Below are positions 1 to 11,778 of a stretch of DNA of 57,062 bases, one piece after another. Numbering within the stretch: the first letter of the stretch is position 1; every line of letters begins with the position of its first letter. Under the pieces are notes generated by a model. It did no database searches and was not told the DNA's origin. It saw only the letters and a program-made list of their open reading frames with translations. The DNA is from Hydrurus foetidus. Lineage: Eukaryota. The stretch covers positions 1 through 57,062 of the forward strand of contig UYFQ01000354.1 of assembly GCA_900617105.1 (NCBI GenBank), given 5' to 3'. The position numbers and the translations under genes were made by a program.

Positions 1-295
1 TTTGGTCTTTGACTCCGTTTGCTTTCGGCATATCGCCAGAACTTAGCGCGGAGAACAAAAAGAAAAGCGATGCGCGCAAACGCGACTTCGATAAGAAGGA
101 AGCTTTGTTGAAACTTGATCCTATGTATCAACATAAGTATACGCGTCAAATGATAGCGTTAGGTGCCGAACCAGATACAACGGAAGTCGAGTCTATCACG
201 CCTCATTATGACAAGTTGAAATATCCAGGCGGTAAACCTGCCTCTAAAAGAGGGTTACATATGGTGTACAAGAGTACCCATATAAGAAGAGCATT

Positions 296-3200
296 TTGCT
301 TGGTCAATCTTCTTCGAAGAGCAACGTCTCCTGTGTCCATTCACGGTCGACATGTAACGATACCCAAAAGGATATTGAGGGAGTCGCGACCCAAAATTCC
401 TGTGGTGATGTAAGTTGTGAGCGACTGAATAGTGTCACTACTATTCTCGCAAAACGTACGGGTGATACACCGCACCTAGGTGGCGACCAGATTCCCACCC
501 TTACACATACCTTTGGGGATTCTGATACCCCCGACTATGTCACTGAGCCTTTATGGCCCAGTGGTGTCGCACTCTCAGTTGACGAGATTGACGATGGCAA
601 GATAGACACGTTCGCACCCTTCTTAGCTGAGAAGCCTAGTCAAGATGACTTGCCCAAGGGGCCAGAGGATTTCCTCAACGAGATTACCTTTGAGGGAGAT
701 GAAAGCTTTCAGAGGAAGCTCCGAGAGCTCTGTTCTGAATATTCAGACATTTTTAGTGATCAGTTAGCTGAGAAACCAGCGTCACTCAAACCTTTTGAGA
801 TTAACATTCCCCTTGAGTTGTGGGAAAAAGACGAAAACCGTACGCCGGTACGTCCCCAGTCATCGACTAAGGAGGTTGCTCTTAAGGAGAATCTCGATGA
901 GATGCTTGCGTCGGGAGTTATAGAGCGGTCAGATGCTGCTTATTACAGTCATCCTGTAATCGTAACTAAGTCACCCGGTAAATTTCGAACCTGCATCGAT
1001 TACCGGCCACTTAATAAGTGCCTGACTCCCGCCTCTTTTCCCCTGCCGAATATCAAACATCTTTTGAGAGGATCGGTAATAAAAACCGGATATCTTTGGT
1101 GTGATGGATTTAACCGCGGGTTACCATCAGGCACCGTTACACCCCGCACACCGCATATTCACAGCGTTTATATGCTTTGCGGGGGTTTTTCAGTTCACGA
1201 GACTACCCTTTGGTCCGTGTCGTGCCCCTCTTACTTTCAAGAGCAGATGGTAACGGCGGTCCTCTATGGCCTTATCTATCATTGTTGTGAGATGTATCTC
1301 GACGATTGCATAGTATATGGCAAGGGTGAAGCAGAGTTTCTTAAGAACTTGAATAAAGTCTTTGAAAGATTCAGACTTAAGGGTCTTCGACTCAAAGCAA
1401 AGAAATGCCGCTTTGGTCTACCTCGTATTGAATACGTTGGCAGAGTGGTTGACAAAGATGGTTTATCCATGTCAAAGGAGAAAATAGAAACAGTGTTAAA
1501 CTTTTCTATACCTAAGAACTTAACTATGTTAAGATCATTCTTAGGATTGGCGAACTACTTTCGACAGTTTGTACCTATGCATTCGACTTTGGTTAAACCA
1601 ATGCAAGATATGATAGATCATTCTGCACCGAAACGTTCGGCCGTTGTATGGACTCAAACGAGTACCAACAGCTTTCACGATACACAGATCGCGATATCTC
1701 GTTGTCCATTAATGTACTTCATTGATGACAATAAATTAGATATCCGATTATATACAGACGCGTCTGATTTTGGAATCGGCGGTGTCCTTTTCCAAGTGGT
1801 TGATACCATTTGGCAACCAATAGCTTTTATAAGCAAATCATTGACACCAACACAAATAAGGTGGTCAACTATACAGAAAGAAGCGTATGCTATATTCTAC
1901 TGTTGTACACAACTCGATTACCTAATCAGGAGATCGTACATTCACAATCTATACTGATCATTTGAATATCACGTATATGAAACAAAACCCTACCTCAATG
2001 GTAGCAAGATGGTTCATTGCAATGCAAGAACTTCATTTTACGGTTGTCTTCGTACCTGGCACGTCGAATGCCTTAGCCGACGCATTGTCGCGATTATGTC
2101 CTAACTTGACAGAAATCGCATTACCGTTACGAACAACGGAATTGGAATTACTTCCAACTTCGTCGTCGTCGGTCACTGTGTCTGCTTTGACAGCTATTGA
2201 CCCAGCGTCAGACGATCAGTTAGAATACATCCAAATGTGCCACAATGCGTTTGTTGGTCACAACGGTGTAGATCGTACCCTTACTCGGTTGTTCAGTCTA
2301 CAACAAGTTTGGAAAAACATGAAACAACATGTACGTACGTTCATACAGAACTGTCCGTGTTGTCAAAAGTTGAGCGCAAAAGATCCTAAGATCAATGCGT
2401 CTCACTTTGCAACGTCGAATTATGCTATCTTTGATACGCTGAATGTTGACTATATCGGTCCATTCCCAGACAAAGGTTATATCCTTGTCATTATCGACAC
2501 GTTCACACGTTGGACTGAACTATTTTGGTGTGCAAATGCAGACGCAAAATCAGCGGCCGACTGCCTACTCTCTCATTTTGGCCGTTTCGGTTCGCCAAAC
2601 ATGATACGATCGGATCGAGGATCCCATTTCGCAAACGATTTAATTAAAGACTTTTAGATCTTTGTGGTACGCCACATAATTTAACCCTCGCATACTCGAA
2701 AGAGGAAAATGCGATTGTTGAGAGAGTCAACAAAGAGGTAAATAGACACCTAAGAGGTCTTGTTTTTGATAAACAGACCCTTGAGGGATATGCCAAGTCA
2801 ATCCCATTCGTGCAACGCATCATTAACAGTTCAGTTAATAGACGCACTAAAGTTGCGCCCGCACATTTACTGTTCGGAAACAAGCTTGACTTGAATCGTG
2901 GTATTTTAACACCACACTTAAGTGTGAATACACATTCTAGATCAACATACATTGAGGACTTGATCAGTGTTCAGGACAAGGTCCTTGAGTCAGCTGTTCA
3001 AGCTTTGGTGTCAGCAGACGCTAAACACGCGGCATCAGCTAGGTGTGCGACAGTGTTCCCTATAGGGACATATGTTCTATGTCGTTACACGGATCGACCG
3101 CCTACTCGGTTACACACGACGTGGCATGGCCCGTACCGTGTTATTTCCTACAAAGGATCCGAGTATACCCTCGCTAACCTTGTCACACACAAAGAGCGAA

Positions 3201-3494
3201 GTGTACATATTAAAAATTTAAAAATTTTTTAATTATGATTCAGAGGTCGACGTACCAGCTGACACCGCTCGTCGTGACTACATGGAATTTGTAGTGGAAA
3301 AGGTTCTTAGTCACTCCGGTGACAAAAAGAAGCCTACGACAATGTCATTCAAAGTCAAATGGCTTAATTATGATGACAATCATAATTCATGGGAGCCGTG
3401 GAAAAACCTACGGCTTTGTGAAGCACTCCATGAATACTTGAGGGACAATAAAATGAAACATTTTATCCCCAAGAATCTTGAGGCATCAGTCTAA
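296..3494 (+). CDS. Pol polyprotein (RT, RNase H, integrase, chromodomain), broken by about six single-base frameshifts
   Basis: RT motifs CIDYRPLN and YLDD; RNase H LYTDASDFGIGGVL; integrase zinc finger (CHNAFVGH...CPCCQ) and core (VDYIGP, RSDRGSHF, ENAIVERVN after frame repair); chromodomain FVVEKVLSH...VKWLNY...SWEPWKNL at 3282-3494. Confidence 0.92.
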
Positions 3495-3793
3495 GAAGAC
3501 TGATCTCGAACGTATTATCTTTTGAAGATTTTTCCTAATTTTCCCTCGATAGAGGTTTTATGGTTTTAGTCAGTAAAAATCTGACATAATTACGTATCGA
3601 GGCCTCGGGCACACGTACTTACGTACTGGGCACCACTTTTCTCGTCGACCGACCCACCACAGTTTACATTTTGTAAATATTCGTTATTATATTTTTCATT
3701 TTAGTTTTCGTAAAATTTTCTTTTCCTTTCTTAGTTATTATTAGTTATTATAATGTTAAAACGTGGTGGTCGCGTCATAGATTAGATTTCTCC

Positions 3794-3817
3794 AAAAAAA
3801 GAGATAAGTGGGGGAAA
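3794..3817 (+). promoter_or_regulatory. Polypurine tract (plus-strand primer)
   Basis: AAAAAAAGAGATAAGTGGGGGAAA directly abuts the TG at 3818. Confidence 0.85.
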
Positions 3818-4246
3818 TGTGGTCGTACCGGGTATACCGGGCCTACGGGCCGTACCGGACCTTGTCACGATCCACCCGATCCTTCCGCCTACAGTACATA
3901 TACAGCCCTACCACGACTAGCTAGCTAGCTGCAGCCTACTCGTAGAAGTTACCTAGCTTCTAGCTTAGTTGTAATCTAACTACCACCTACTCGTCTTTAG
4001 CTCTTCCCTCCATCCGGACTACAGAAGGAGGATGAGCGGAAATAGCGCTATTGTGGCTCGAATGGGAAAAGGAAGAGGTGGAAGGCTAGAGAGGTAGTTA
4101 GTTACAGCAGGAAGCTAGAAGCTAGGGTTAACGTCTACGTGGAGGCTGTAAGTGGCTACGACGATACAACAGACTGTAGTGTACGGTGGGTAGTGTACCG
4201 TAGTACTATCCGGTAGGATCGGGACCTTGGACCCGGAACTACCACA
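3818..4246 (+). repeat. 3' LTR (429 bp), TG...CA, internally self-complementary
   Basis: Starts TGTGGTCGTACCGGGT and ends ACCCGGAACTACCACA (14/16 inverted match); follows the PPT; the right end coincides with the point where the YR reading frame is interrupted. Confidence 0.88.
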
Positions 4247-5473
4247 CAGTATCCGATTTGTGTCCTACAGTACCGTAAAATTGGTGTTATACGGTTTTAG
4301 GTATGCTTATTTTTACCGTTTTATATTAATTTCCGTATACCATTACCTATGACTAGCTTGATCTCTGCTAAGGACATTCCGCTCTCCGTGCATAGGGTAG
4401 CAGATGTTCTTCTGAAAGCGTGCCCTGTGTAGAGATGCGGATGCTCTAATAGCAGGGCAATGGCAATTCTTTTCGGTGCCGCTGCCGTTGTGTTTTTCCC
4501 CAGAACCTTGTTTGTGACCCGCCACGTCACGTTATCCGTATTGTACCCTAGAACACGAAAATATCGTCCGTTTCTCGTATTTTGTTTGAAGCATCTTTCG
4601 TATTCCTCCAAAATAGCAACTTCGTGTAAGCCGCTTATGTATGAAGTAACTTTAGTTGGTACACCGGATGTTTTAGCACGTGTATGAGATACAGTGTAAA
4701 TGATCTCACCGGTGTTTTTGTCTTCAGTCCTTTTGACGTCCTCGCACGTCAGAAATGTGACTTCGCACCCTCTTGCGGCGAATGAAATCGCTATGACAGT
4801 GTAGGCTTTGTCCACTGAATTCTCCAATGTATGACTCAGCCCGTAGTACCTGATCAGATCTTCTTTCTCGAATGTTTTTGCCCTTTTTACCTCTTTTTCT
4901 CCACTTTCGAGCTTTCTGATCATATTTTCAATCACTGGGAGCGATTTTTTGAGATCCGGCGTGGCTCTGCAGAACCGCCAAAACTTTGCAAAGACTGATA
5001 ACCACGATCGCAACGAACTGCTGCGGTATCGGAAGGTGCCATCCTCGTTCCTCTGGACGCTTTTACTCTTGAAATAAGCGCAGAGGCTATTTTCAAGTGT
5101 AAATGTCATCGGCGCCGTTGTGGCGTAGGCCACGAAATCCAGCAATCTTTCGTTGTACATCTTTGCGGAGACAAATTTGTCGAAGGCGTCCTTCCATTCG
5201 TCGCTGTTTTGGCCGATTTCAACTAAATCGTTGGCCTCGAGGTTCAATTCTCGGTCGTCTGGGAAGCCTGGTTGGTGAAATTTACGTTGCGGTGAGTGTT
5301 TTAGCACGTTGACATAGTCAAAATTAGTGAGATACGGCCTTACCTTCTTCGTTTGAAATATTTTCCGCATATAAATTGAAAATTGAGTCGGCCACGCCCG
5401 CGGTGTCATCAGAAATCCGCAATCTTTCCATTTGATTCTGGGACAGGAAGTCCTGGCTCCCGAAACCAGCCAT
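4247..5473 (-). CDS. Spliced tyrosine recombinase (Crypton-like), C-terminus interrupted by the LTR element
   Basis: Predicted exons 5473-5344, 5267-4347 and 4264-4247, joined by phase-compatible GT-AG introns of 76 and 82 bp. Catalytic motifs FAARGCE (R), RAKT (K), TGHAFRRT (HxxR) and GHKSDT (H). The catalytic Tyr is missing from this side of the insertion. Confidence 0.88.
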
Positions 5474-5817
5474 TGTTCAATTCTCTTTGCCTCGAGTTGA
5501 AGTTGTAGATTAGTATGAGTGGCTGTGTATAGCAGTATTGTATCTTTCAGGGCGTTTATTTTTCATGCGGCGAAAGTGTTTTCAAGCCTGCTGTCGTTAA
5601 ACGGTATTCAAAACGGTTCGTACGACGCGCAGCGTCGTTCTCGCGCGGTACGGAAAAGATTCCCTCTCGTACCGCGCGTGAAAACGGCCAAATTTGACCG
5701 GAAGCTTATGACCGGAAAAGGGCCTTTATGGACCTTGAGGGATACAAAATGACTTTGATGACTTTTTCCTCCTTTTTGATGTGGTTGGACAGAAGTACGA
5801 CTGAAGAGGGTTCGTAA

Positions 5818-6357
<540 letters not shown>

Positions 6358-6392
6358 GCGTCCGTCCAGATCACTCTATCAACAAAACAAAC

Positions 6393-6408
6393 GGTGTTTC
6401 TTAACACC
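6393..6408 (+). promoter_or_regulatory. Histone 3' UTR stem-loop
   Basis: GGTGTT-TCTT-AACACC (6-bp stem, 4-nt loop) 35 nt after the stop codon, with an A/C-rich 5' flank and ACCA 3' flank. Confidence 0.85.
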
Positions 6409-7098
6409 ACCATAACTACTGGAAAATCTTAATAGTAGCGTTTCATCAGACAACACGGGAACAGTAATCTCTCCTCTCACACAACGAGAGACATGTCACA
6501 ACCCACTTGTCCTCGTAGACATCGTCTCAAGACGATTTATCTGCTTTCACAGTGACGAAGAATGACTCAAATGATCGAATTTAATTGACGTAAACTTACT
6601 GATTGTATGAGTGTAAGAGTCAAGTTCGGAATTTGGGGGACAAACTCAAAAAATATAACCAACAGAACCTAATCGAGCTGGCGACAGTGCACGTGATCCG
6701 ACCGACTGATTGGATCAGTTCCGACTCGTCCTCACTATCAATCGCGGTACACATAGCATAACAATTGAAGGGTTGAAATGGAGTCGCGTCCGCGGAGTGA
6801 GGCGTGACACTATCAAAATCAAAATATATTAAGAAGTGAAGGTGGAATGCCCCGCCTGTCCTACGTTGTCAGCATAAGCACAATGGCTACTTTTTGTACA
6901 TTCTACTGTAAGTCACGTTGACTATCCTGTACCGTCGAATTCTTACTTCCCTTTGTTGATGAGTTTGTATGGGAGAGCCTGATTATATCGGGGGGAATAT
7001 TGTAAGTTGACGGACGAGATGCTAAAAGTGAGAGGACGAAGCATAGTGATGATAGTCATATAATTGCTGCCATTATTAATAAGATACGCCAGTCGTAG

Positions 7099-9796
7099 CT
7101 ATCTTTCAAGAAAAGTACAGGAGGCATAGTATACTTTCGCACAGTTTGGATCGTAATACGTAACCCAGTGTACAACTGTTACAAAGGAAGTCACAGTCCT
7201 GGTAAAACATACGTACACGCGCGTGCGCACCTGTTCTGGCCATTCTCCGTCTCTGCACCACTTATTCACCCTCACTTCCTTGGTGAGAGTGTTCAGCCCC
7301 ACCATGGTCATGTAGTTGTCGAACGACCTCTTGGTGCCCATAGACCAATCCTCCAGTCTAAATGAATAGAAAATACGAAGGGTTCAACAAGATAAAAAGG
7401 TAGGATGAGAATCGTGTAGAGGAAGGATGACAAGGTAGGGAGATAGAAAAGTTCTTAAGAAAAATATTTGGCAAGAAATTGAAGAAAAAATAAAGTGAAG
7501 TAAAAGAAGAAGGAAGACACCGGAATCAGAAAAAAGACATACAACAAGATACCTCGAAACGCAGCAGGATTGGATTAGATAATATTTCACCGTTTAATGG
7601 TAAAAATAAACAATATTTCACCGTTTAATATTTCACGCACGCACATGTATACGTACGTACCTGTACAGCACGGAGTTCGGACTGATCATATCTGGTTTGC
7701 TCTCCGGATAACCGAGCATGCACTTAACTCTCTTCAAAACCAATTCGACCAAATCATTATGAATCGGCTTCTTGAAAAATCTGCAGGAATTTTTTGTGGA
7801 AAACAAGTATTAGAAATGAAACTCTAGACAGTCAGATGCTCCGATAGATGGATGGGTGTTCCTCACGCACACATGTACTTAAAACATAAATGCAGAGGGG
7901 GCGAACGACGTCTGCTCCAGAAGATTAATCACTTTTGTACCACGGAATCGAACTAAACTAAATGGAGCGGAGCACAACACACGACCACGCCACAGTACTC
8001 TTCATCATCATACACGACACTCCTCAACAGTGTAGAATACACTCGACCACACTTCACCAAGTTGCAATACACTATACCACAATACAATACACTACACCAC
8101 ACCACACTAGAGAGCGCCATGGAATACTGCACCACACATCACCGTGAGGCGGACTTCGTACCTGTTCACGGATTCCCAGAACTTGGGATAATGTCTTCTC
8201 ACGTAATAATGATTGAGAACATTAATGGTTGGACTGAAGATATCGTAGCCCGCAGTCCACAACCGTGCACTCATAGATATTTCCTCCCCCATAAATATCC
8301 AGGGTAAGAAAGGGTCGAAGGGGACTTCCCGTAGAAAGTCCCCGGCTGTGAAAAAGAAACCGGCCGCCACGAAGGGGGCGTAGAGAGGAACCTTAGGAAT
8401 TGCTTTGTCAAACGTCATTGAAGAACCCAACCGGATAATTTGCCATTCAATTTGTGCTGCTGCGAATTCTGAGTCACACATTCTGAATCCTATGGTGTCG
8501 CGCCAGTTGTGTGTGCTGTCCGGGGGGTAGGTCGAAATAACGGGTTTTCTCGCCGGGGCATCAACTACCATTTTTATCAATTTCGTGTCCCAATCTTTCA
8601 CGAATTCTGAGTGTGAATCGATCTGGAGATAGTACTGCTCTCCACTACGTAGAAATGGAGCAGTTAGTTGAGTGGGGATGTTAGTATCGGAGGAGTTTTA
8701 ATTGGATGGTACTGCGATGTTCTTGATAAAGTTGTGGATGATGAAGATAAATATACACAGCACAGCAAAGATATAAGTTAGGTCATATGTAATGCCGATG
8801 AACTCATATGAAATGCTGTAGTTAGGCATGCTATTCGGAATCGAAAAGATGAATGGAAGATAATCACTACGGTTCTCTAACATTGAGAAATTCTTGCGTG
8901 GTAAAAGCAGGGAAGAAAATCTAATGTAGTCACTTAAAGAGCAAGAATAAGATGGTGCATCGCATCATTGAATGTGTGTGTAAGTAATGTTATTGAAATA
9001 GAGAAACAAAAGGTCGTGTCTTCTCATACCGGTAGAACTTAGCGCCAAGATACCGTGCCATGTACGGCCCCAGCGACTCGCTTTCATTCACGTTGAACAG
9101 TCTGATTTGATCGGTGTAACACGCTCCACTCTTCTGGCCCTCGGGAGATTTGCAGAACTCTTTGTAGCAGTCCACATCGGGACCCATGTTCTCTACTTTA
9201 CCGCCCACAAGTACTCCTGTACGACATGTCTCCAAAAAACAGTTCTGTTGAAGAAGTCCGACGTAAAGTTTCTCTGGATTCTTCGCTTGAGAATAAAGAG
9301 ATTTCAGTGTCATTGGGCAATAAGGGTCTCGGTATGTGCCGAGAGAGACAAAAATAGAGCCATCTGTCTTCGGCGATGCAATTCTATGCTTATTCTGGTC
9401 GTCCCAGGCCATGGGCATCTTTTTTGTTATGTCAAGGTAGGCCTCCCAGACTTCCTCTGCATCAACGGTTGGACCAGCCATTGAAACAAATTTTGAGTGC
9501 AATGTATGCAAGTACAATGTCATGTTTGCCCTCACTTCCTCTAACGGTGCTGGATCGTATCTTACGTCGGAAAGATGATATCTTCTTGGTTCCAGCATCT
9601 CCTTTTCTTCCTCATATTTTGCGGGAGAATCCAGAAATCTAGCTGTGTCTACTGTTACCTCATCTGCCGGTGTATCAACTAGGATGCTCTCTACGATAGC
9701 GGGACTCTTCTCAGGGAGGAAAACCGATAAGAACAGGGAACACCAGATTAGTACGAATACAAAGATAGAGATGGATATCCAAGAAATTTTAGCCAT
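7099..9796 (-). CDS. GT60-family UDP-GlcNAc:polypeptide N-acetylglucosaminyltransferase (Gnt1/Gnt2-like), type II membrane protein
   Basis: Exons 9796-9030, 8644-8162, 7780-7661 and 7357-(7231 or 7099; 3' end uncertain). N-terminal TM; motifs IFVSLGTYRDP, YLQIDSH, AAGFFF, PFDPFLPWIFMGEEISMSARLWTAGYDIFSP. Confidence 0.88.
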
Positions 9797-9935
9797 AGTG
9801 CTGGATTTTACGACAGAAAACGCTTCAGATTATCATAGCACGTCTCTGCGTGTCTCTGAAATGTAGCTGCCTAATGCCTTCTCGCCGCTCAAGATTCGCA
9901 GTAGATTTTCTCATCATAGTTATCACAAAATCTGC

Positions 9936-10291
9936 AATCTCGGAGTTTGGTCGCCAAAAATTGAAGCGACCCAAAACCTAAAACCCTAAACCCAAAACCC
10001 AAAACCCAAAACCCGAAACCCTAACCCTAAACCCTAAACCCTAAACCCTAAACCCTAAACCCTAAACCCTAAACCCTAAACCCTAAACCCTAAACCCTAA
10101 ACCCTAAACCCTAAACCCTAAACCCAAAACCCAAACCCAAACCCAAAAATTCAGAACTGTTCTGAGTTTTTGGGTTTGGGGTTTAGGGATTTAGGGTTTA
10201 GGGTTTTGGTTTCGGGTTTTAGTTTTGGGTTTTGGGTTTAGGGTTTTAGGTTTTTGGTCGCTTCAATTTTTGGCGACCAAAATCCGAGATT
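9936..10291. repeat. Foldback element containing interstitial telomere-type repeats (CCCTAAA)n / (TTTAGGG)n
   Basis: Unique ~35-bp inverted termini AATCTCGGA(G/T)TTTGGTCGCCAAAAATTGAAGCGACC; 14 perfect CCCTAAA units at 10025-10122; centre TCAGAAC-T-GTTCTGA at 10158. Confidence 0.95.
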
Positions 10292-10408
10292 TTTTCTGGA
10301 AAAACAGGGCCATTTTTCCAGAACTGACTGACGACTTCTCGCTGTAACCGGTAGAAGTTTTTCCGGCCTTTTGTGCCGGAGGTTCTTTTTTCGAAAAAGG
10401 TAAGTTGT

Positions 10409-10484
10409 ACCAAGGGGGTATAAAAGGAGAGGGGGCAGTACCAACCCAAAGTCCCACTCAAGCTTTTCTCACCAACCTCTCACT
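10409..10484 (+). repeat. Left copy of a perfect 76-bp inverted repeat with TATA-like box
   Basis: ACCAAGGGGGTATAAAAGGAGAGGGGGCAGTACC...CTCTCACT is the exact reverse complement of 12010-12085. Confidence 0.95.
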
Positions 10485-11047
10485 GTAATCTCAAAAAACT
10501 GAACTACCATACCCAACAGTCAACATTGGAGTCATTCTCAACTTCGCTCCGATATCGTCTCTGCTAGTCTTCCAATGAGGAAACTGAGTTTTGAAATCTT
10601 CATGGAAGACTCTGGAATATTGAAAAGTTCCATCGATCTGTTTTACCATTGTGACTACTTCTTGCTGCAGCGCAAAGATGTCTACATGAAGTTCTTGACG
10701 AAAATCATGACGAATGTTGAATCTAGTCTGAAGTTATCCATCTCCTCTTTGGCTTGGCTTGTGAATACGAAAATCTCTACGATATTTCTGTGTCGTCTGT
10801 GACAGGATGTATAGAAAAACGCCAGAAGGCTGGAAAAATGTGTCCCACCTGTTTTTATGGCATTGTTTCCATGCAATAGTTTAGTGAGCTTAATCATCAC
10901 TGTTTGTTCACATTTTGATGATGGACTCGGTATGTGATTTCTTATATGAGAATTTAGACAGCTCTTAAAAATAAAAAGTGTTTCTCCATATACACCCATT
11001 TGATCGAGTCCAATGATCTCTGAAGGGCTACGGAAAAAAAATGTGAA

Positions 11048-11158
11048 TTTTTAAGGTATATTAAGGTCTTTTTAGAGTTTAAGATTATTTAAGAACATTT
11101 AAGATGTTTTAAGATAATTTAGGATGTTTAAGATTTTTTAAGATAATTTAAGATTTTG
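11048..11158 (+). repeat. Degenerate ~10-bp tandem repeat (TTTAAGAnnn)
   Basis: About ten successive TT(T)AAG(A/G) units spaced ~10-11 bp apart. Confidence 0.7.
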
Positions 11159-11697
11159 TCACATTTATTCGAGATGAAGAGTAGAAAACGATTTAAAGTT
11201 GCTGAAAGCTATCACACCTCGGAGTTTCCATGTTGTTAATGTCGGAGAAAGATCCCGGTTTGAGGTTATCCGATAAAAAAATCGAGATTTGAACGCCACT
11301 GAGATAATTTACAGGCGAAATTTATCCAAAATATGCATGCCAAAAATCAAGAATTCCTATGATTAAAATTCCCCAGTTTCAATTCCACTAAAGTCAGGGT
11401 GCTGGCAATGCACTCTGCGTCAAGCCTGTCGATGGTTGTCAAGAGATTGGGATATTATCAACCGAAATGCAAGGCATCGGAATTTCATGATCTAAATTAG
11501 TTATCAAACGATACTGGAAAGACAGTTGAACGGCTATCGGGCAGAGGTTCACTACCTTCCCACAGATCTCACGAGATGATATCCTGTTTTTGGTGACCCC
11601 CAAGTTGTGGGCCTGGAGAATACGGCACGGCATTGCAGAGAAAATTAGGCGCAAGTTGATAGGAAATTTTTGGAAAATCGATAAATTCATCAGTATT

Positions 11698-11778
11698 GAT
11701 CTGCACCTTGGCAAATTTGGGGAATGATCTCGTTGTGCAACAGTTGAGCTATTCCCAAAATTTGCCAAGGTGCAGATC
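11698..11778. mobile_element. 81-bp hairpin MITE-like insertion with a 6-bp direct flank
   Basis: 28-bp arms GATCTGCACCTTGGCAAATTT(G/T)GGGAAT with one mismatch; AGTATT on both sides (11692-11697 and 11779-11784). Confidence 0.75.

Larger units (their letters stand above)
1..4246 (+). mobile_element. Ty3/Gypsy (chromovirus-type) LTR retrotransposon, 3' part; 5' LTR, gag and protease lie outside the window
   Basis: Domain order RT - RNase H - integrase - chromodomain, then a polypurine tract and a TG...CA LTR. Confidence 0.95.

Noticed and set aside
296..5473. RT/RNase H next to a tyrosine recombinase read as a single DIRS/Ngaro retroelement
   Set aside because: The RT element has its own DDE integrase, chromodomain, PPT and LTR. 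The YR is on the opposite strand, has introns and is cut by the LTR, so this is nesting, not one element.
9975..10255. Telomere-telomere fusion scar or true chromosome end
   Set aside because: The polarity is C-rich then G-rich (the opposite of a fusion), the tracts are enclosed by unique inverted termini, and genes continue on both sides.
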